Assembly: GCA_025056655.1 (NCBI GenBank)
Contig: JANWVL010000045.1
Coordinates: 48-64,047, forward strand
Reading direction: 5' to 3'
Length of the DNA stretch: 64,000 nt
Source: Candidatus Methylacidiphilales bacterium
GTDB lineage: Bacteria > Verrucomicrobiota > Verrucomicrobiia > Methylacidiphilales > JANWVL01
Shown here: positions 8,598-19,522 of the stretch, piece by piece
Layout of the letters: each line of letters opens with the position of its first letter
Numbering within the stretch: the first letter of the stretch is position 1
Notes under the pieces: model-generated
What the model was told of the DNA's origin: nothing
What the model saw: only the letters and a program-made list of their open reading frames with translations
Databases searched by the model: none
Program-made: the position numbers and the translations under genes

Positions 8598-10802
8598 CTA
8601 GGGTGAGATGAGTTGGTCTGCAGTTTGTTTTTGCTGGGCAATCATTTCAGGAGTTTTAGAAGAGCGGGTGATTTGTATGTAGTCGCTAAGGATATTGGCT
8701 GTCTCCATTAGCTGTGCGTAGGCGTATGTTTCTAGCTCGACGCCTGTAGCGGCTTCGTTAGTTTCTTCTATTTGGATGCCTTCGCTACCTTTCATTTTGG
8801 ATCCTGAAAGGGGGATAAGCCGAGGTGCCTCTTCTTTATCAACCATGTCTAATGTTATTTCGTAGAATTTTTCAGTTAGTGGTGGTAGCTTTTTCAACTG
8901 TTCTTCGCGAGCGTTTTTTTTCCTTTTATACTCATCCAGTTCTTTTAGACGAGTCGCTTTGCAAAGGCTGACTGATTTATCTTCAAGCTTCGCCTTGAGA
9001 ACTTTAATGTCGTCTTGGATGAATTTGAATTCTGGTTGTGAGGCGATACGATTTTGGGAGAGATGCTGAAGACGCGTTAGATGAGGTAGTGTGCGGTTTA
9101 GGGGTTTGTAGGTGGCAGGGGCAATTTCATCGGGAGGAAGTGCGTTGGGAAGGCGTGATTCTCCGATCTCAAAGTAATCATAAAGGGAGGGGAGAATGAT
9201 GTCGGGAGTGACGCCGACTTTTTGAGTTGTGCCACCAGCTATGCGGTAAAACTTAGATACGGTGAGCTTGAGCTGTCCTGGATTGGTGGGGAACTCCATC
9301 CAGAGGTGTCGGTCGAGTGGCTCTAATTTCTGAACGGTGCCTTTGCCATGCGTGCTTTGGTCCCCGACAATTATGGCACGCCCGTGATCTTGTAATGCTG
9401 CGGCAACAATTTCGGAGGCAGAAGCACTGAGACGGTTAACAAGGACGGCCAAAGGTCCATCGTAAAGGACTTTGCCATCATCATCCACGTAGGTCATAGT
9501 GCGAGAACGAGAATCACGCACTTGGACGACTGGTCCTTTGGGGATGAAAAGGCCAGTGATTTCGACAGCTTGCTCTAGGATGCCTCCTCCGTTGCGACGT
9601 AGATCGAGAATAAGACCTGATATGTTTTCCTTCATTAAGCGGCGTATGAGCTTGGCGACGTCACGAGCACAGTTGTCGTAGAATTCAGGCAATACTACGA
9701 CTCCGAGTCTTATAGCCGGGTTTTCTGTCGTGGCGGGCAATTCGATAATACGGGCTTTGGCGTATTGGTCTTTGAGTTGAATTTCATTTCGGATCAAGGT
9801 GACGCGTTTTCTTTCTGAGCCATCTACTGAGGTGGCCGGGATGATGGTGAGTGTGACTTTAGTGCCTTTTTTTCCACGGATCATTTTAACCACTCGGTTG
9901 AGCTTCATATCTACGACATCGACTGGCTCACCTTTTTCTTGTTGCACTGCGACGATTCTGTCGCCGGGTTTTATTTGTTTGCTGAGATCTGCTGGGCCAC
10001 CGGGAACAACTTCTTTGACCTTAGCGTAACCGTCCTCGCTTTGTAGAACAGCACCTATGCCGATGAGCTTGAGTTTTATGCTATTTATAGAGAAGTTTTC
10101 TGCCTGTTCTGGATTGAAGTAATCTGTGTGGGGATCATAAGCGTGGGCCAATGCGGAGAGGTATTCTTGGATGATATCATCGGTCTCTGCTTCTTGTGCG
10201 GCTTTTAGGATGAGGTCGTATCGTTTTTTGACGCGAGCAACTGTTGCATCATAGCGCTCGTTTTCTGACTTATTCGGATCTGATTTGTCCAAAATACCTG
10301 CTAGGAGATCATATTTGATTCTCAGACGCCAAAGCTCGTTCATTTCCTCGATTGTCTTGGGCCAAGGTTCTTTGTCACGCGCCGGAAGAAACCGCTCTTC
10401 TATGTCGAAATTATGGGGCTGCTTAAGTAAGGTGTGGATGTGTTTAACTCGCTCAGCTAAGCGTTCTCGGTAGCGTTCGTAAATTCTGTAAGCTGGTGTC
10501 GGATCTCCACGACGTGTAAGGTCATCTAGTTTTGTGCCGTATTCTTTTGTAAATTCATCAATATCAGATTGCAAAAAAATCATCCGGTTGTAGTCGAGAC
10601 GCTCAAAGTAGTTTTTGAGGAATTGACTTGAGACTGCATCATCAAAAAGAACCCTGCTGTAATGGTTATTTTCGAGTAGCTCGCCGACAATTTGAGCTAC
10701 CCTACCTGTCATGGGTCGACTCATGGGTGCTGCGATCGCATCTAGCCAGAGGGCCAGAGCGATCGTTGCACTGAAAGTCCACATTTGTAGTATTCTCGGC
10801 AT
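8598..10802 (-). CDS. prc: Carboxy-terminal processing (tail-specific) protease, peptidase S41A
   Basis: 734 aa with an N-terminal signal peptide and a PDZ region. The S41 catalytic region is [15 protein letters not shown] ... HGKGTVQ. The long C-terminal extension resembles Prc. Confidence 0.88.
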   Translation of the reverse strand: MPRILQMWTFSATIALALWLDAIAAPMSRPMTGRVAQIVGELLENNHYSRVLFDDAVSSQFLKNYFERLDYNRMIFLQSDIDEFTKEYGTKLDDLTRRGDPTPAYRIYERYRERLAERVKHIHTLLKQPHNFDIEERFLPARDKEPWPKTIEEMNELWRLRIKYDLLAGILDKSDPNKSENERYDATVARVKKRYDLILKAAQEAETDDIIQEYLSALAHAYDPHTDYFNPEQAENFSINSIKLKLIGIGAVLQSEDGYAKVKEVVPGGPADLSKQIKPGDRIVAVQQEKGEPVDVVDMKLNRVVKMIRGKKGTKVTLTIIPATSVDGSERKRVTLIRNEIQLKDQYAKARIIELPATTENPAIRLGVVVLPEFYDNCARDVAKLIRRLMKENISGLILDLRRNGGGILEQAVEITGLFIPKGPVVQVRDSRSRTMTYVDDDGKVLYDGPLAVLVNRLSASASEIVAAALQDHGRAIIVGDQSTHGKGTVQKLEPLDRHLWMEFPTNPGQLKLTVSKFYRIAGGTTQKVGVTPDIILPSLYDYFEIGESRLPNALPPDEIAPATYKPLNRTLPHLTRLQHLSQNRIASQPEFKFIQDDIKVLKAKLEDKSVSLCKATRLKELDEYKRKKNAREEQLKKLPPLTEKFYEITLDMVDKEEAPRLIPLSGSKMKGSEGIQIEETNEAATGVELETYAYAQLMETANILSDYIQITRSSKTPEMIAQQKQTADQLISP

Positions 10803-10811
10803 ACACCCTGG

Positions 10812-12068
10812 TTAAATATAAGCACGGATAGCCTCCGGGAGCAAGACCGAACCGTCCCGCTGTTGATACGTCTCCAGAAGGGCGATATAAAGCCGCGCTA
10901 AAGCTGGCCCGGAGCCGTTCAAGGTATGGCAAAATCTAGGTTTTTCCCCTTCGGCTGGCCGATACCTGAGCTGCATACGTCGAGCTTGAAAATCCTCAAA
11001 ATTACTACAAGAGGAAACTTCCAGCCAGGCTCCCAGTCCGGGCGCCCATACCTCGATATCGTAGCATTTGGCCGCACCAAACCCCATATCGCCCGTGCAG
11101 AGCGATACGACCCGATAATGCAGGCCTAAGTTTTGCAACACCACCTCTACATGCTCGACCAGGCGTTCTAGCGTGGCATAAGATCTCTCTGGCGTCGTGA
11201 TATGAACGAGCTCGACTTTATCGAACTGATGCATCCGAATCATCCCGCGGGTATCTTTTCCTGCGCTGCCAGCCTCCCTACGAAAGCAAGGGGTGAAAGC
11301 CGCGTAGGCGATCGGTAATGAATCCGCAGATAAAATCTCCTCGCGATGTAAATTGGTGACGGGGACTTCAGCTGTCGGAATCAAATAACTCTCTTCATTC
11401 TCCAGCCGATACATATCCTCAGCAAATTTAGGCAATTGCCCGGTCCCTACCATCGAAGTTCCCCGGACGATGTGTGGGACATTTACTTCGAGGTAGCCAT
11501 GTTTTTGGGTGTGAATATCTAAAATATAGTTGATCAATGCTCGCTCGAGTCTTGCGCCTTGCCCTTTGTAGACAACAAACCCGCTTCCAGAGATCTTAGC
11601 TGCTGCTGAAAAATCTAGCCAGCCGAGTTTTTCTGCGATTTCCCAATGCGGCTTTGGAATGAAATCAAAGGATGGTGGCGTGCCCCACACTCGCTCGACA
11701 CGATTATGGCTGGCATCTTGGCCGCGCGGGACGGACGGATGGGGAAGATTGGGGATGGTCAATAAAATCTGTTGTTGCTGCTCTTCGATTTGCGCCAAGC
11801 GCGCATCCATAGCCGTGATTTCATCTGAGGTTTTCTTCATGGAGTCGAGGAGTTCGCTTACCTCCTCGCCACGTGATTTTTTAGCACCGATGAGTTTGCT
11901 CACTCGATTTCGCTCACTTTTCAAGTGCTCGACTTGCGTGATGAGTTTTCTTCGTTCCTCATCGATAGCGAGCAATTGATCAATGGCATTTTCATCGCCT
12001 CGGCCTCTGGAACGCAGTGCTTCTTTTACGTTCTCTGCTTGCTCACGTATGTGGCGTATGTCTAGCAT
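10812..12068 (-). CDS. serS: Seryl-tRNA synthetase
   Basis: 418 aa with an N-terminal coiled-coil arm. The class II core includes FRREAGSAGKDTRGMIRMHQFDKVE and TLNGSGPALARL. Confidence 0.95.
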   Translation of the reverse strand: MLDIRHIREQAENVKEALRSRGRGDENAIDQLLAIDEERRKLITQVEHLKSERNRVSKLIGAKKSRGEEVSELLDSMKKTSDEITAMDARLAQIEEQQQQILLTIPNLPHPSVPRGQDASHNRVERVWGTPPSFDFIPKPHWEIAEKLGWLDFSAAAKISGSGFVVYKGQGARLERALINYILDIHTQKHGYLEVNVPHIVRGTSMVGTGQLPKFAEDMYRLENEESYLIPTAEVPVTNLHREEILSADSLPIAYAAFTPCFRREAGSAGKDTRGMIRMHQFDKVELVHITTPERSYATLERLVEHVEVVLQNLGLHYRVVSLCTGDMGFGAAKCYDIEVWAPGLGAWLEVSSCSNFEDFQARRMQLRYRPAEGEKPRFCHTLNGSGPALARLYIALLETYQQRDGSVLLPEAIRAYI

Positions 12069-12095
12069 TGCGGCTGTTTATCAGCTCATCTATCT

Positions 12096-12893
12096 GTGAC
12101 AACATCATTCCCCAGCGATCGGTTGACGCCACAGGAGCTGCGTTCATACAAAAATCGCAGATCTATAGCTGCATTGACTTGCTATGATTATCCGACTGCG
12201 CGGCTGTTGGATGAAGTGGGCGTTCCGCTTTTATTGGTGGGGGATTCGCTTGGCATGGTCGTCTTAGGCTATCCTGACACGACGGAAGTCACCCTTGCAG
12301 AGATGATCCATCACACTCGAGCTGTCGCTCGGGCACGGACACGGGCTTTGATAGTAGCTGATTTGCCCAAGGATACTTACAATGAGGCGTCACAGGCGAT
12401 TCAGTCAGCCCGGGCTTTGCTTCAAGCTGGAGCAGATGCCGTCAAACTAGAAGGCGGTCGGTCACGGGCCGTCGCTATTCAGGCGCTTGCAGGAGCTGGT
12501 ATTCCTTTCATGGGGCACCTTGGCATGTTGCCTCAATCTATTAAGGAAGAAGGTCGTTACCGGATAAAAGGTCGCACGGATGCGGAGCGTCGTGCCATCC
12601 TAGCTGATGCACATTTTTTAGAGGAACAAGGGGCTTTTGCGATTGTGCTGGAACTTGTTGTTGCGGACCTGGCAGCTGAGATTCGTCGCGCGTTGAAAAT
12701 TCCTACAATTGGTATTGGTTCAGGAGAGGATTGTGATGGACAAATTTTGGTGCTACATGATCTGATTGGTCTTTACCCGTGGTTTCGGCCTCGGTTTGCT
12801 CATCCTTTGGCGGATGTGGCAGCGGAGATAAAAAATGCTGCACGAGCTTTTATGCAGGGGGTGCAAAGCGTTTATGAGCGTTTGCATCAATAG
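12096..12893 (+). CDS. panB: 3-methyl-2-oxobutanoate hydroxymethyltransferase
   Basis: 265 aa with a GTG start. Motifs [23 protein letters not shown] and VKLEGG are present. Confidence 0.93.
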   Translation: MTTSFPSDRLTPQELRSYKNRRSIAALTCYDYPTARLLDEVGVPLLLVGDSLGMVVLGYPDTTEVTLAEMIHHTRAVARARTRALIVADLPKDTYNEASQAIQSARALLQAGADAVKLEGGRSRAVAIQALAGAGIPFMGHLGMLPQSIKEEGRYRIKGRTDAERRAILADAHFLEEQGAFAIVLELVVADLAAEIRRALKIPTIGIGSGEDCDGQILVLHDLIGLYPWFRPRFAHPLADVAAEIKNAARAFMQGVQSVYERLHQ

Positions 12894-13837
12894 ACGACTT
12901 TGTTTAGCGGATACTCGATGATTCCTTCTGCGCCGTGCTTTTTGAGTGCGGGGATCAGATCGCGCACGAGGTTTTCATCGAGCACTGTTTCCAGTGCGAT
13001 CCAACCTTCTTGAGCTAGTGAGGAGACGGTTGGCTTGCGAAGGGCGGGTAAGGTCTCGAGGACGGCTTGGAGGCGATCGGCGGGAAGATTGAGTTTGATC
13101 CCGACCTTATTCCGAGCATTCAAAGCTGCCGTCAAGAGAAGCGCTAGCGACTCCATCTTGGCGCGTTTGTTGGGGTCGTTCCATGCTGTGATGTTTGCGA
13201 TGAATTGGGGGTAACTTTCCATGACAGTATCCAGCACGCGCAATTTATTGGCGCGAAGCGATGAGCCGGTCTCGGTGATGTCGACAATCGCATCTACGAG
13301 TTCAGGCACTTTCACCTCGGTGGCGCCCCAGGAAAATTCGACTTCTGCCGTTACGCCATGTTTTTGAAGGTAAGCTTTTACGAGCTTGACGGGCTCGGTG
13401 GCGATGCGTTTGCCTTGTAAATCTTTTACAGAACGGATCGGTGAATCTTCGGGCACAGCCAGAACCCATCGAGCGGGGAGGGCTGTTGCTTTGTTGTAAC
13501 GTAAATCACAAATTACGTGCACTTCTGCGCCCTCTTCAGCAATCCAATCTTTGCCTGTGATGCCGCAATCTAAAAAGCCCTGAGCGATGTAGCGAGGGAT
13601 TTCCTGAGGACGAAGCAGTCGCGGTTCAATTTGAGGATCGTCAATATAGGGGCGGTAACCGCGTGGGCTATACGAGAGTTGATAGCCAGCGCGGGCAAAA
13701 AGCTGCACTGTGGCTTCTTCAAGGCTACCCTTGGGAAGACCGAGACGAATGATGCCTTGGTTTTCTTGATTTTTAGAGGCTTGTGTAGTCTCGGAGGCTT
13801 GGGAGGCCGTAGGGTGAGAAGTTTTCATCTTGGGCAC
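12887..13837 (-). CDS. hisG: ATP phosphoribosyltransferase, long form with C-terminal regulatory domain
   Basis: Contains [19 protein letters not shown] and [14 protein letters not shown]. It has a ~30-aa Ser/Thr/Gln-rich N-terminal extension. The start is uncertain (GTG 13837 or ATG 13828). Confidence 0.9.
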   Translation of the reverse strand: MPKMKTSHPTASQASETTQASKNQENQGIIRLGLPKGSLEEATVQLFARAGYQLSYSPRGYRPYIDDPQIEPRLLRPQEIPRYIAQGFLDCGITGKDWIAEEGAEVHVICDLRYNKATALPARWVLAVPEDSPIRSVKDLQGKRIATEPVKLVKAYLQKHGVTAEVEFSWGATEVKVPELVDAIVDITETGSSLRANKLRVLDTVMESYPQFIANITAWNDPNKRAKMESLALLLTAALNARNKVGIKLNLPADRLQAVLETLPALRKPTVSSLAQEGWIALETVLDENLVRDLIPALKKHGAEGIIEYPLNKVVY

Positions 13838-13848
13838 TTTATCGCAAG

Positions 13849-14664
13849 TTGGTGTTCAAAAAAAGCTCGTTTGCGATTGATTTATTGGTGTGGGTTTTGT
13901 TTTGTCTTTGGCTTTGGATTGCGGTTTTGACATCCTTCGTCTGCAGTGGAAGAAATGCTTTTATGAGAGGCTTCAGAGGCGAATGGATAGCGTGGGGGCT
14001 GTATGTTTTGATGCTTTATTTAGTGGTTGAATTTGCCTCGCGAAGCTTGAAAATAGGGGAATTAGACGGGGATGTCGTTTGGATTACATGGCAGGAGTTT
14101 GTCGAGAGACATTTGGGTGATCTGATGGAAACCAATGCTACGATGGATTTTCCCGTCCGTCCTCCTTTAGCGGAGGGCGTGCAGATTGCGCGCCCTTTTG
14201 GAAATGAAGGCCATCTCGGGGAGGACTGGAATGTCGCGCCGGGAAATGAGGATTTAGGAGAGCCTGTGTATAGTCCTGGAGATGGTTGGGTGTCGTTGGC
14301 AATGGACTTTGAGGGGGCTTGGGGAAAAGTGGTAACTGTAATTTATAAAGTGGAGGAGCAAGGCCGTGTGCACTACGTTGAGATGATGTTTGCGCATTTG
14401 GACGCTATCTATGTTGAGCCTTTCACCTTGATACCGCGTGGTAAGCTTATCGGTGTGATGGGTAACTGCGGTGGTCTTTATGCGGCGCATCTTCATTGGG
14501 AGGTGCGCACAGAGCTGGGGCTAGGATTAGGGGGGGGCTACGGTGAGGAAGATATGTTGAAAAGTTATCGTAGTGGATCGGGTTTCATTAGCGCTCTTCG
14601 TAAGGAAGAGGGGCGTTATCGTTTCCTTGCGATGGAGGATTGGGAGATGTGGGGCAGTGATTGA
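13849..14664 (+). CDS. M23 family (LytM-type) metallopeptidase, membrane anchored
   Basis: H..xD motif HLGEDW, then YSPGDGWV, then H.H motif AHLHWEV. There are N-terminal TM helices. The TTG start lies only 11 bp from the divergent hisG start, so the true start may be internal. Confidence 0.75.
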   Translation: MVFKKSSFAIDLLVWVLFCLWLWIAVLTSFVCSGRNAFMRGFRGEWIAWGLYVLMLYLVVEFASRSLKIGELDGDVVWITWQEFVERHLGDLMETNATMDFPVRPPLAEGVQIARPFGNEGHLGEDWNVAPGNEDLGEPVYSPGDGWVSLAMDFEGAWGKVVTVIYKVEEQGRVHYVEMMFAHLDAIYVEPFTLIPRGKLIGVMGNCGGLYAAHLHWEVRTELGLGLGGGYGEEDMLKSYRSGSGFISALRKEEGRYRFLAMEDWEMWGSD

Positions 14665-14718
14665 GTCTTTGGCGGGGCTATGGTTTAGGGGATGGGGAAG
14701 GTGTGCTGAGCTGCGAGT

Positions 14719-17277
14719 TTATTCAGCCCAGCAGATGAGTCGGAGCTCGTGTTTTTGGACGAGATCAGGGTGATAAGGGATGACTCGGACGTTGAGGCGG
14801 TATGTGCCTGTCTCAAGTGCGACTACTCGTCCGCGATAGAGGATCCATCCGTCGGGGAAGGTTTGAACGGCTTCTAGGCGGTGTTGTTGGGCGCGACCAG
14901 CGCCGCTGGTGAGTTGTGCGTAAGCTTCTACGAGGACTTCTTGTGGGGTGAGGTCACCGAGATATACTTTGGCTTCTAGGGTGAAGCCGTCTCCGACCAT
15001 GATGTATTGGTTATTTTGGTGAGCGTGGCAGGTGACTTCTTTGGCTCGGACTTGATGCCATGCGCGTCGGACGCGATCTTTCCATTGGGAAAGGTTGCGG
15101 GCGTGGCTGTAGTTGTTTTCGGCCATTTTTTTGCCGTTACGAGAGGCGACTAGATAATATTGATTGCAGTAGTCCTGCACCATGCGGCCGGTGTTGTAAA
15201 TTGGGCATATGGTTTCGATGCTGTGTCGGCACCAAGAGATCCATTCGTGTGGGATCTCGTCGCTATCGCGGCGGTAATAGAGGGGCGCGACTTGTTGCTC
15301 AATCAGGGTATAGAGTGAGACGGCGTCGAATTCATCTTGGACTGAGGCATCGTGTGAGACGACATCTTCGCCGATTGCCCAGCCGTTGGCGCCATCGTAG
15401 GCTTCGTCCCACCAGCCGTCGCGGACGGAGAGGTTGAGGACTCCGTTGGGGCAGACTTTTTCTCCGCTGGTGCCGGAGGCTTCGAGAGGGCGTGTGGGGT
15501 TGTTGAGCCAGACGTCTACGCCGTGGTAGAGGTAGCGGGCGAGGTTGATGTCGTAATTTTCGAGGAGCACGATGCGGTTACGGAATTCTGGCATGAGGCA
15601 GATTTGGTAGATGCGTTGGATTAGTTTTTTGCCGCCTTCATCTGCGGGGTGGGCTTTGCCTGCGAAGATGAATTGGACAGGGTGCTCGGGATGATTGACG
15701 ATGGCGTTGAGGCGATCGAGGTCGCGGAAAAGGAGTGTGGCGCGTTTGTAGGTGGCAAAGCGTCGAGCGAAGCCGATGGTCAGCACGGAGGGGTCGAGAA
15801 TTTGATCGGCTTGGACGATGTCTTCGGGTTTGAATCCGGTGCGGATGCGTTGTTGGCGGACGTTGTTGCGGGCGAAGTGGATGAGGCGGACTTTGAGGGC
15901 TTGGTGGATATTCCAAAATTCTTCATCGTCGAACTCACTGTTTCTGGACCATAGTGTGGGGTCGTAGGAGTTTTCGATCCAATTTGGGCCGAGGGAGCGG
16001 TCGAAGAGTGCTCGGATTTCTGGTGCCATCCAGGTGGCGGTGTGGATGCCGTTGGTGATGTGGCCGATGGGGATTTCTTCAACTGGGACGCCTGGCCAGA
16101 CATTTTGCCACATTTCACGTGAGACGTGGCCGTGGATGGCACTGACGCCATTGGCTTGGCGGGAGGTGCGGAGGCCGAGGATGGTCATGCTGAAGGGTTC
16201 GTCGTGGTGATGTTCCCATGGTCGTCCGAGGCGCATTATTTCTTCGAAGCTGATGGAGGATTCTTGGGCGTAGCGGTCGAAGTATTTGTGCATGAGTGCT
16301 GGGGAAAAGGCGTCGTTGCCTGCGGGGACTGGGGTGTGGGTGGTGAAGAGATTTGAGGCGGCGACGACTTGTAGGGCTTCGGAGAAGTTGAGGCCTTGGA
16401 GGGTGATGAGTTGGCGGATGCGCTCGAGGGAGAGGAAGGCGGCGTGGCCTTCGTTCATGTGATATACGGTTGGTTTGAGGCCTATGGCGGCGATGGCGCG
16501 GACGCCGCCGATGCCGAGGACGATTTCTTGTTTGATGCGGGTTTCGTGGTCGCCGCCGTAGAGTTGGTAGGTGATTTTGCGGTGTTCTTCGGTGTTTTCG
16601 CTGATGTCGGTATCGAGAAGGAGGAGTCGGACATTTCCGATGAGGGCTTGCCAGACTTTGATGGTTACTGGGGTTCCTAGGATATCTACTTGTGTGGTGA
16701 CGGGGGTGCCGTCGGCGTGGCGCATTTCTGTGATGGGGAGTTCGTAAAAGTTGAAGTGGATGTTTTCGGATTCTTGCCAGCCGTCTTTGTTGAAGCGTTG
16801 TTTGAAGTAGCCGATGCGGTAGAGGAGCCCCACTGCAATGAATGGGACGCCGAGGTCGGAGGCGGATTTGCAGTGGTCGCCTGCGAGAATGCCTAGGCCG
16901 CCGGAGTAGATGGGGAGGGACTCGTGAAAGCCGAATTCGGCTGAGAAGTAGGCGATAAGGTGATCGTGTCCATGGTGGGTGGGGAACCAGCGATCGCTGC
17001 GGGAGAGGTATTGGTGGAGGTCGTGGAGGACGGCGTCTAGGCGGGAGACGAAGGCGGGGTCTTCGGAGACTTGGATTAGGCGGGTTTGAGGGATGTGGTG
17101 GAGGAGGCGGACGGGGTTGTGCTCGACTTTTTTCCAGAGTGCAGGGTCGAGTTCGTTGAATATGGCTATAGCTTTAGGGTTCCAGGTCCACCAAAGGTTG
17201 TAGGCGAGTTCGCGAAGTCCTTCGATGCGGGGTGGGATTTGGGGGATGCAGGAGTAAGAGAAGGGCCATTTTTGCAT
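14719..17277 (-). CDS. glgP: Alpha-glucan (glycogen/maltodextrin) phosphorylase, GT35, GlgP type with N-terminal DUF3417-like region
   Basis: 852 aa with EFGFHESLPIYSGGLGILAGDHCKSASDLG. The PLP-lysine region is EASGTSGEKVCPNG. Confidence 0.92.
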   Translation of the reverse strand: MQKWPFSYSCIPQIPPRIEGLRELAYNLWWTWNPKAIAIFNELDPALWKKVEHNPVRLLHHIPQTRLIQVSEDPAFVSRLDAVLHDLHQYLSRSDRWFPTHHGHDHLIAYFSAEFGFHESLPIYSGGLGILAGDHCKSASDLGVPFIAVGLLYRIGYFKQRFNKDGWQESENIHFNFYELPITEMRHADGTPVTTQVDILGTPVTIKVWQALIGNVRLLLLDTDISENTEEHRKITYQLYGGDHETRIKQEIVLGIGGVRAIAAIGLKPTVYHMNEGHAAFLSLERIRQLITLQGLNFSEALQVVAASNLFTTHTPVPAGNDAFSPALMHKYFDRYAQESSISFEEIMRLGRPWEHHHDEPFSMTILGLRTSRQANGVSAIHGHVSREMWQNVWPGVPVEEIPIGHITNGIHTATWMAPEIRALFDRSLGPNWIENSYDPTLWSRNSEFDDEEFWNIHQALKVRLIHFARNNVRQQRIRTGFKPEDIVQADQILDPSVLTIGFARRFATYKRATLLFRDLDRLNAIVNHPEHPVQFIFAGKAHPADEGGKKLIQRIYQICLMPEFRNRIVLLENYDINLARYLYHGVDVWLNNPTRPLEASGTSGEKVCPNGVLNLSVRDGWWDEAYDGANGWAIGEDVVSHDASVQDEFDAVSLYTLIEQQVAPLYYRRDSDEIPHEWISWCRHSIETICPIYNTGRMVQDYCNQYYLVASRNGKKMAENNYSHARNLSQWKDRVRRAWHQVRAKEVTCHAHQNNQYIMVGDGFTLEAKVYLGDLTPQEVLVEAYAQLTSGAGRAQQHRLEAVQTFPDGWILYRGRVVALETGTYRLNVRVIPYHPDLVQKHELRLICWAE

Positions 17278-17395
17278 AGTGGGGGAGGTTAAAGCGAGGG
17301 GGGCAGGTAGGACAACTTTTATTTTGGCGTTGAGGTCAGCGTGGTGTTGGGAGTGAGAGACTGCTGATGGTTATCGACTCGAGGGGTTGTTGGAA

Positions 17396-18271
17396 TTAGA
17401 AGGCTGCTTGTGCAATCAGACATAGCCAGTTTTCTTTTTGGGAGCGATGGATGAACGGCACGGAGGCAAAGGCGTGGCGGATTTCGTTTTCATCTTCGGT
17501 GCGGATGCCTGAGAGGATGAGGTAACCTTTTGGGGCGAGGGCTTGGAGGATTCTTGGGGCTGCGACGGTGAGGAGTGCGCTGTAGAGATTGGCGATAATG
17601 AGGGAATAGGATGCGGGGGGGAGGGGGTATCGGGTGATGTCGGCGTGGATGAAGCGGATGGTTGTGTGATTGATGCGAGCGTGGTAGCGGGCTATGCGCA
17701 GGGCTGTGGTATCATGATCTAGAGCGTGGACGTCGGGGAAGCCCAATCGAGCGGCGGCAATTGCTAGGATTCCGCTTCCTGTGCCGATGTCTATGCAGGG
17801 CGCTGGGGGAGGTTGGGATGGGGATTTTCGCTGGCGAGTAGCAATGGTCTGTAGAGCGCGTAGGCAGAGGGCGGTGGTGGGGTGATGGCCTGTGCCGAAG
17901 GCTAGACTGTGGGTGATGAGGATGAGTTGTGAGGGGTTGAGTTTGCGTTGCCAGTGATGGAGCTGCTGCGGGGTGGAGCAGATAGCAAGGCGTCGAGTTG
18001 CGCGGAGAGGAGGATCGGTGGGGGCTGGATTGGGGGACCAGGCGAGTGAGGACAGACGCAGGATGCGGCCGCCGTGTTTTTTTTTGAATGCATAGGCAGC
18101 GCGGTAGGAGGGTGCGTAGAAGTCGACTCTGGCGCGGGGGGTTGGGGGGGAGTGGGTGTAGGTGATTTTGAGCTGATGGGCTGGGGGGAGAGTGTGGATC
18201 CATTTTTCGGCGTGGTCGGGATGGAGATAGCGCCGGCAAATCCAGTGGTGTGTGGGGAGCGTATTTTTCAT
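17396..18271 (-). CDS. prmA: Ribosomal protein L11 methyltransferase
   Basis: This is the C-terminal 291 aa of the 563-aa track ORF, starting at MKNTLPTHHW (ATG 18271). Motifs FGTGHHPTT and DIGTGSGILAIAAARLG are present. The start overlaps the truA stop by 4 bp. Confidence 0.85.
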   Translation of the reverse strand: MKNTLPTHHWICRRYLHPDHAEKWIHTLPPAHQLKITYTHSPPTPRARVDFYAPSYRAAYAFKKKHGGRILRLSSLAWSPNPAPTDPPLRATRRLAICSTPQQLHHWQRKLNPSQLILITHSLAFGTGHHPTTALCLRALQTIATRQRKSPSQPPPAPCIDIGTGSGILAIAAARLGFPDVHALDHDTTALRIARYHARINHTTIRFIHADITRYPLPPASYSLIIANLYSALLTVAAPRILQALAPKGYLILSGIRTEDENEIRHAFASVPFIHRSQKENWLCLIAQAAF

Positions 18272-19062
18272 TGTGGAGAGGGGGAGGTCTTGGATTGATG
18301 AGGCGTGGAAGGTTTGCGGTAGTGAACTTTTTCGAGGTAGAGGCCATGAGCTGGGGCAGTCGCTGGAGCGTGGAGGCGGGATTTTGATTCGAGGAGGAGC
18401 GGGATTTGTTGGGGGGAGAGTTTTTGGCGACCGACGGCGACGAGCGTTCCGACTAGGTTTCGCATCATGCGATGAAGGAAGCCGTCGGCTGTGGCTCGGA
18501 TTTCGATGTGGTGTGGGGCAGGTTGACTTATGGTTAGGCGGTAGAGGGTGCGAGTGCGATCGGGGACTGGGTAGCCGGGGTTGGTGAAGAAAGCTGAGAA
18601 GTCGTGGCGGCCGATGAGATGGCGCGCGGCTTGGCGCATGGCTGGTAGGGAAAGGGGAAGGGGCTGGTGCCAGGCAAGCTCTACGAGGAAGGGATCGTGG
18701 ATGGGGTGATTGTAGATTTTGTATAGGTAAGTCTTGCTGTGGGCATCGAAGCGGGGATGGAATGGGGTAGGGGTGTGGCGAGCGCGGAGGACCCGGATGT
18801 CGGGGGGGAGGTGGGCGTTTAGGGCGCGTAGGAGGGTGGCGGGTGAAAATTTGCGTGGTGCGCGAAATGCAACTATTTGGCCTAGGGCGTGGACGCCGGC
18901 ATCGGTGCGGCCTGAGGCGTCGGTGGTGATCGGCGTGGAGAAGAGAGTGGAGAGGGCGTTTTCTAAAATTTGTTGGATGGTGTGAGGGGTGTTGGCTTGG
19001 CGTTGCCATCCTTGGTAGCGAGTGCCTTTGTAGGAGAGGGTGAGGATGTAGGTGGATAGCAT
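18268..19062 (-). CDS. truA: tRNA pseudouridine(38-40) synthase
   Basis: 264 aa with YKGTRYQGWQRQ. The catalytic-Asp motif is SGRTDAGVHALGQ. Confidence 0.93.
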   Translation of the reverse strand: MLSTYILTLSYKGTRYQGWQRQANTPHTIQQILENALSTLFSTPITTDASGRTDAGVHALGQIVAFRAPRKFSPATLLRALNAHLPPDIRVLRARHTPTPFHPRFDAHSKTYLYKIYNHPIHDPFLVELAWHQPLPLSLPAMRQAARHLIGRHDFSAFFTNPGYPVPDRTRTLYRLTISQPAPHHIEIRATADGFLHRMMRNLVGTLVAVGRQKLSPQQIPLLLESKSRLHAPATAPAHGLYLEKVHYRKPSTPHQSKTSPSPQ

Positions 19063-19086
19063 CGGGATGAGGTGTGGGGGGGGCCA

Positions 19087-19515
19087 TCAGGATTGTGGAG
19101 GGCCTTGGTGGCGGTCGAGATAAGCTTGGAGGAGGATCAGAGCTGCACTGCTGTCTAGGTGTTGTTTTTGTTTTTTTGCGGGGAGGCCGTAGGCTTGAAG
19201 CTGGCGACTGGCTTGGAGGGTGGAGAGGCGTTCGTCTATGGGGTAGACGGGCAAGGCGGTAGCGGCGTGAATTTCTTGGATGCGCTGGCGGGCAGCTTGA
19301 GCAGCGGGCCCTGAGGTGCCGTCCATTTTTAGGGGTAGGCCGACGACGATTTCGTGGATTGATTTTTCTGCGACAATTTTTTTTAGAGCTGAGAGAAAGG
19401 CGTCCCAGGGTTGTGCGGGGAGATAGGGCAGGGGAAGTGGGATGCCGATCTGAGCGTCTGCATAGGCCAGGCCAACGCGTGCGGCGCCGAGGTCAAGGGC
19501 AAGGATGTTTTTCAT
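19087..19515 (-). CDS. ruvX: Holliday junction resolvase-like protein RuvX/YqgF
   Basis: 142 aa with ILALDLGAARVGLAYAD and DERLST motifs. Confidence 0.9.
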   Translation of the reverse strand: MKNILALDLGAARVGLAYADAQIGIPLPLPYLPAQPWDAFLSALKKIVAEKSIHEIVVGLPLKMDGTSGPAAQAARQRIQEIHAATALPVYPIDERLSTLQASRQLQAYGLPAKKQKQHLDSSAALILLQAYLDRHQGPPQS

Positions 19516-19522
19516 GGGGGGG

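Noticed and set aside
15060-17292. Series of 60-125-aa ORFs on both strands inside glgP
   Set aside because: All overlap the 852-aa phosphorylase frame and are low complexity (Arg/Gly-rich or Pro/Ser/Thr-rich). They are compositional artefacts.
17396-19087. 563-aa ORF spanning the prmA and truA region
   Set aside because: Only its C-terminal 291 aa (from MKNTLPTHHW) look like a real protein, PrmA. The N-terminal 270 aa are Pro/Arg/His/Ser low complexity, read in an alternative frame across the genuine truA gene (18268-19062). It is an artefact of the C-rich coding strand lacking stops.
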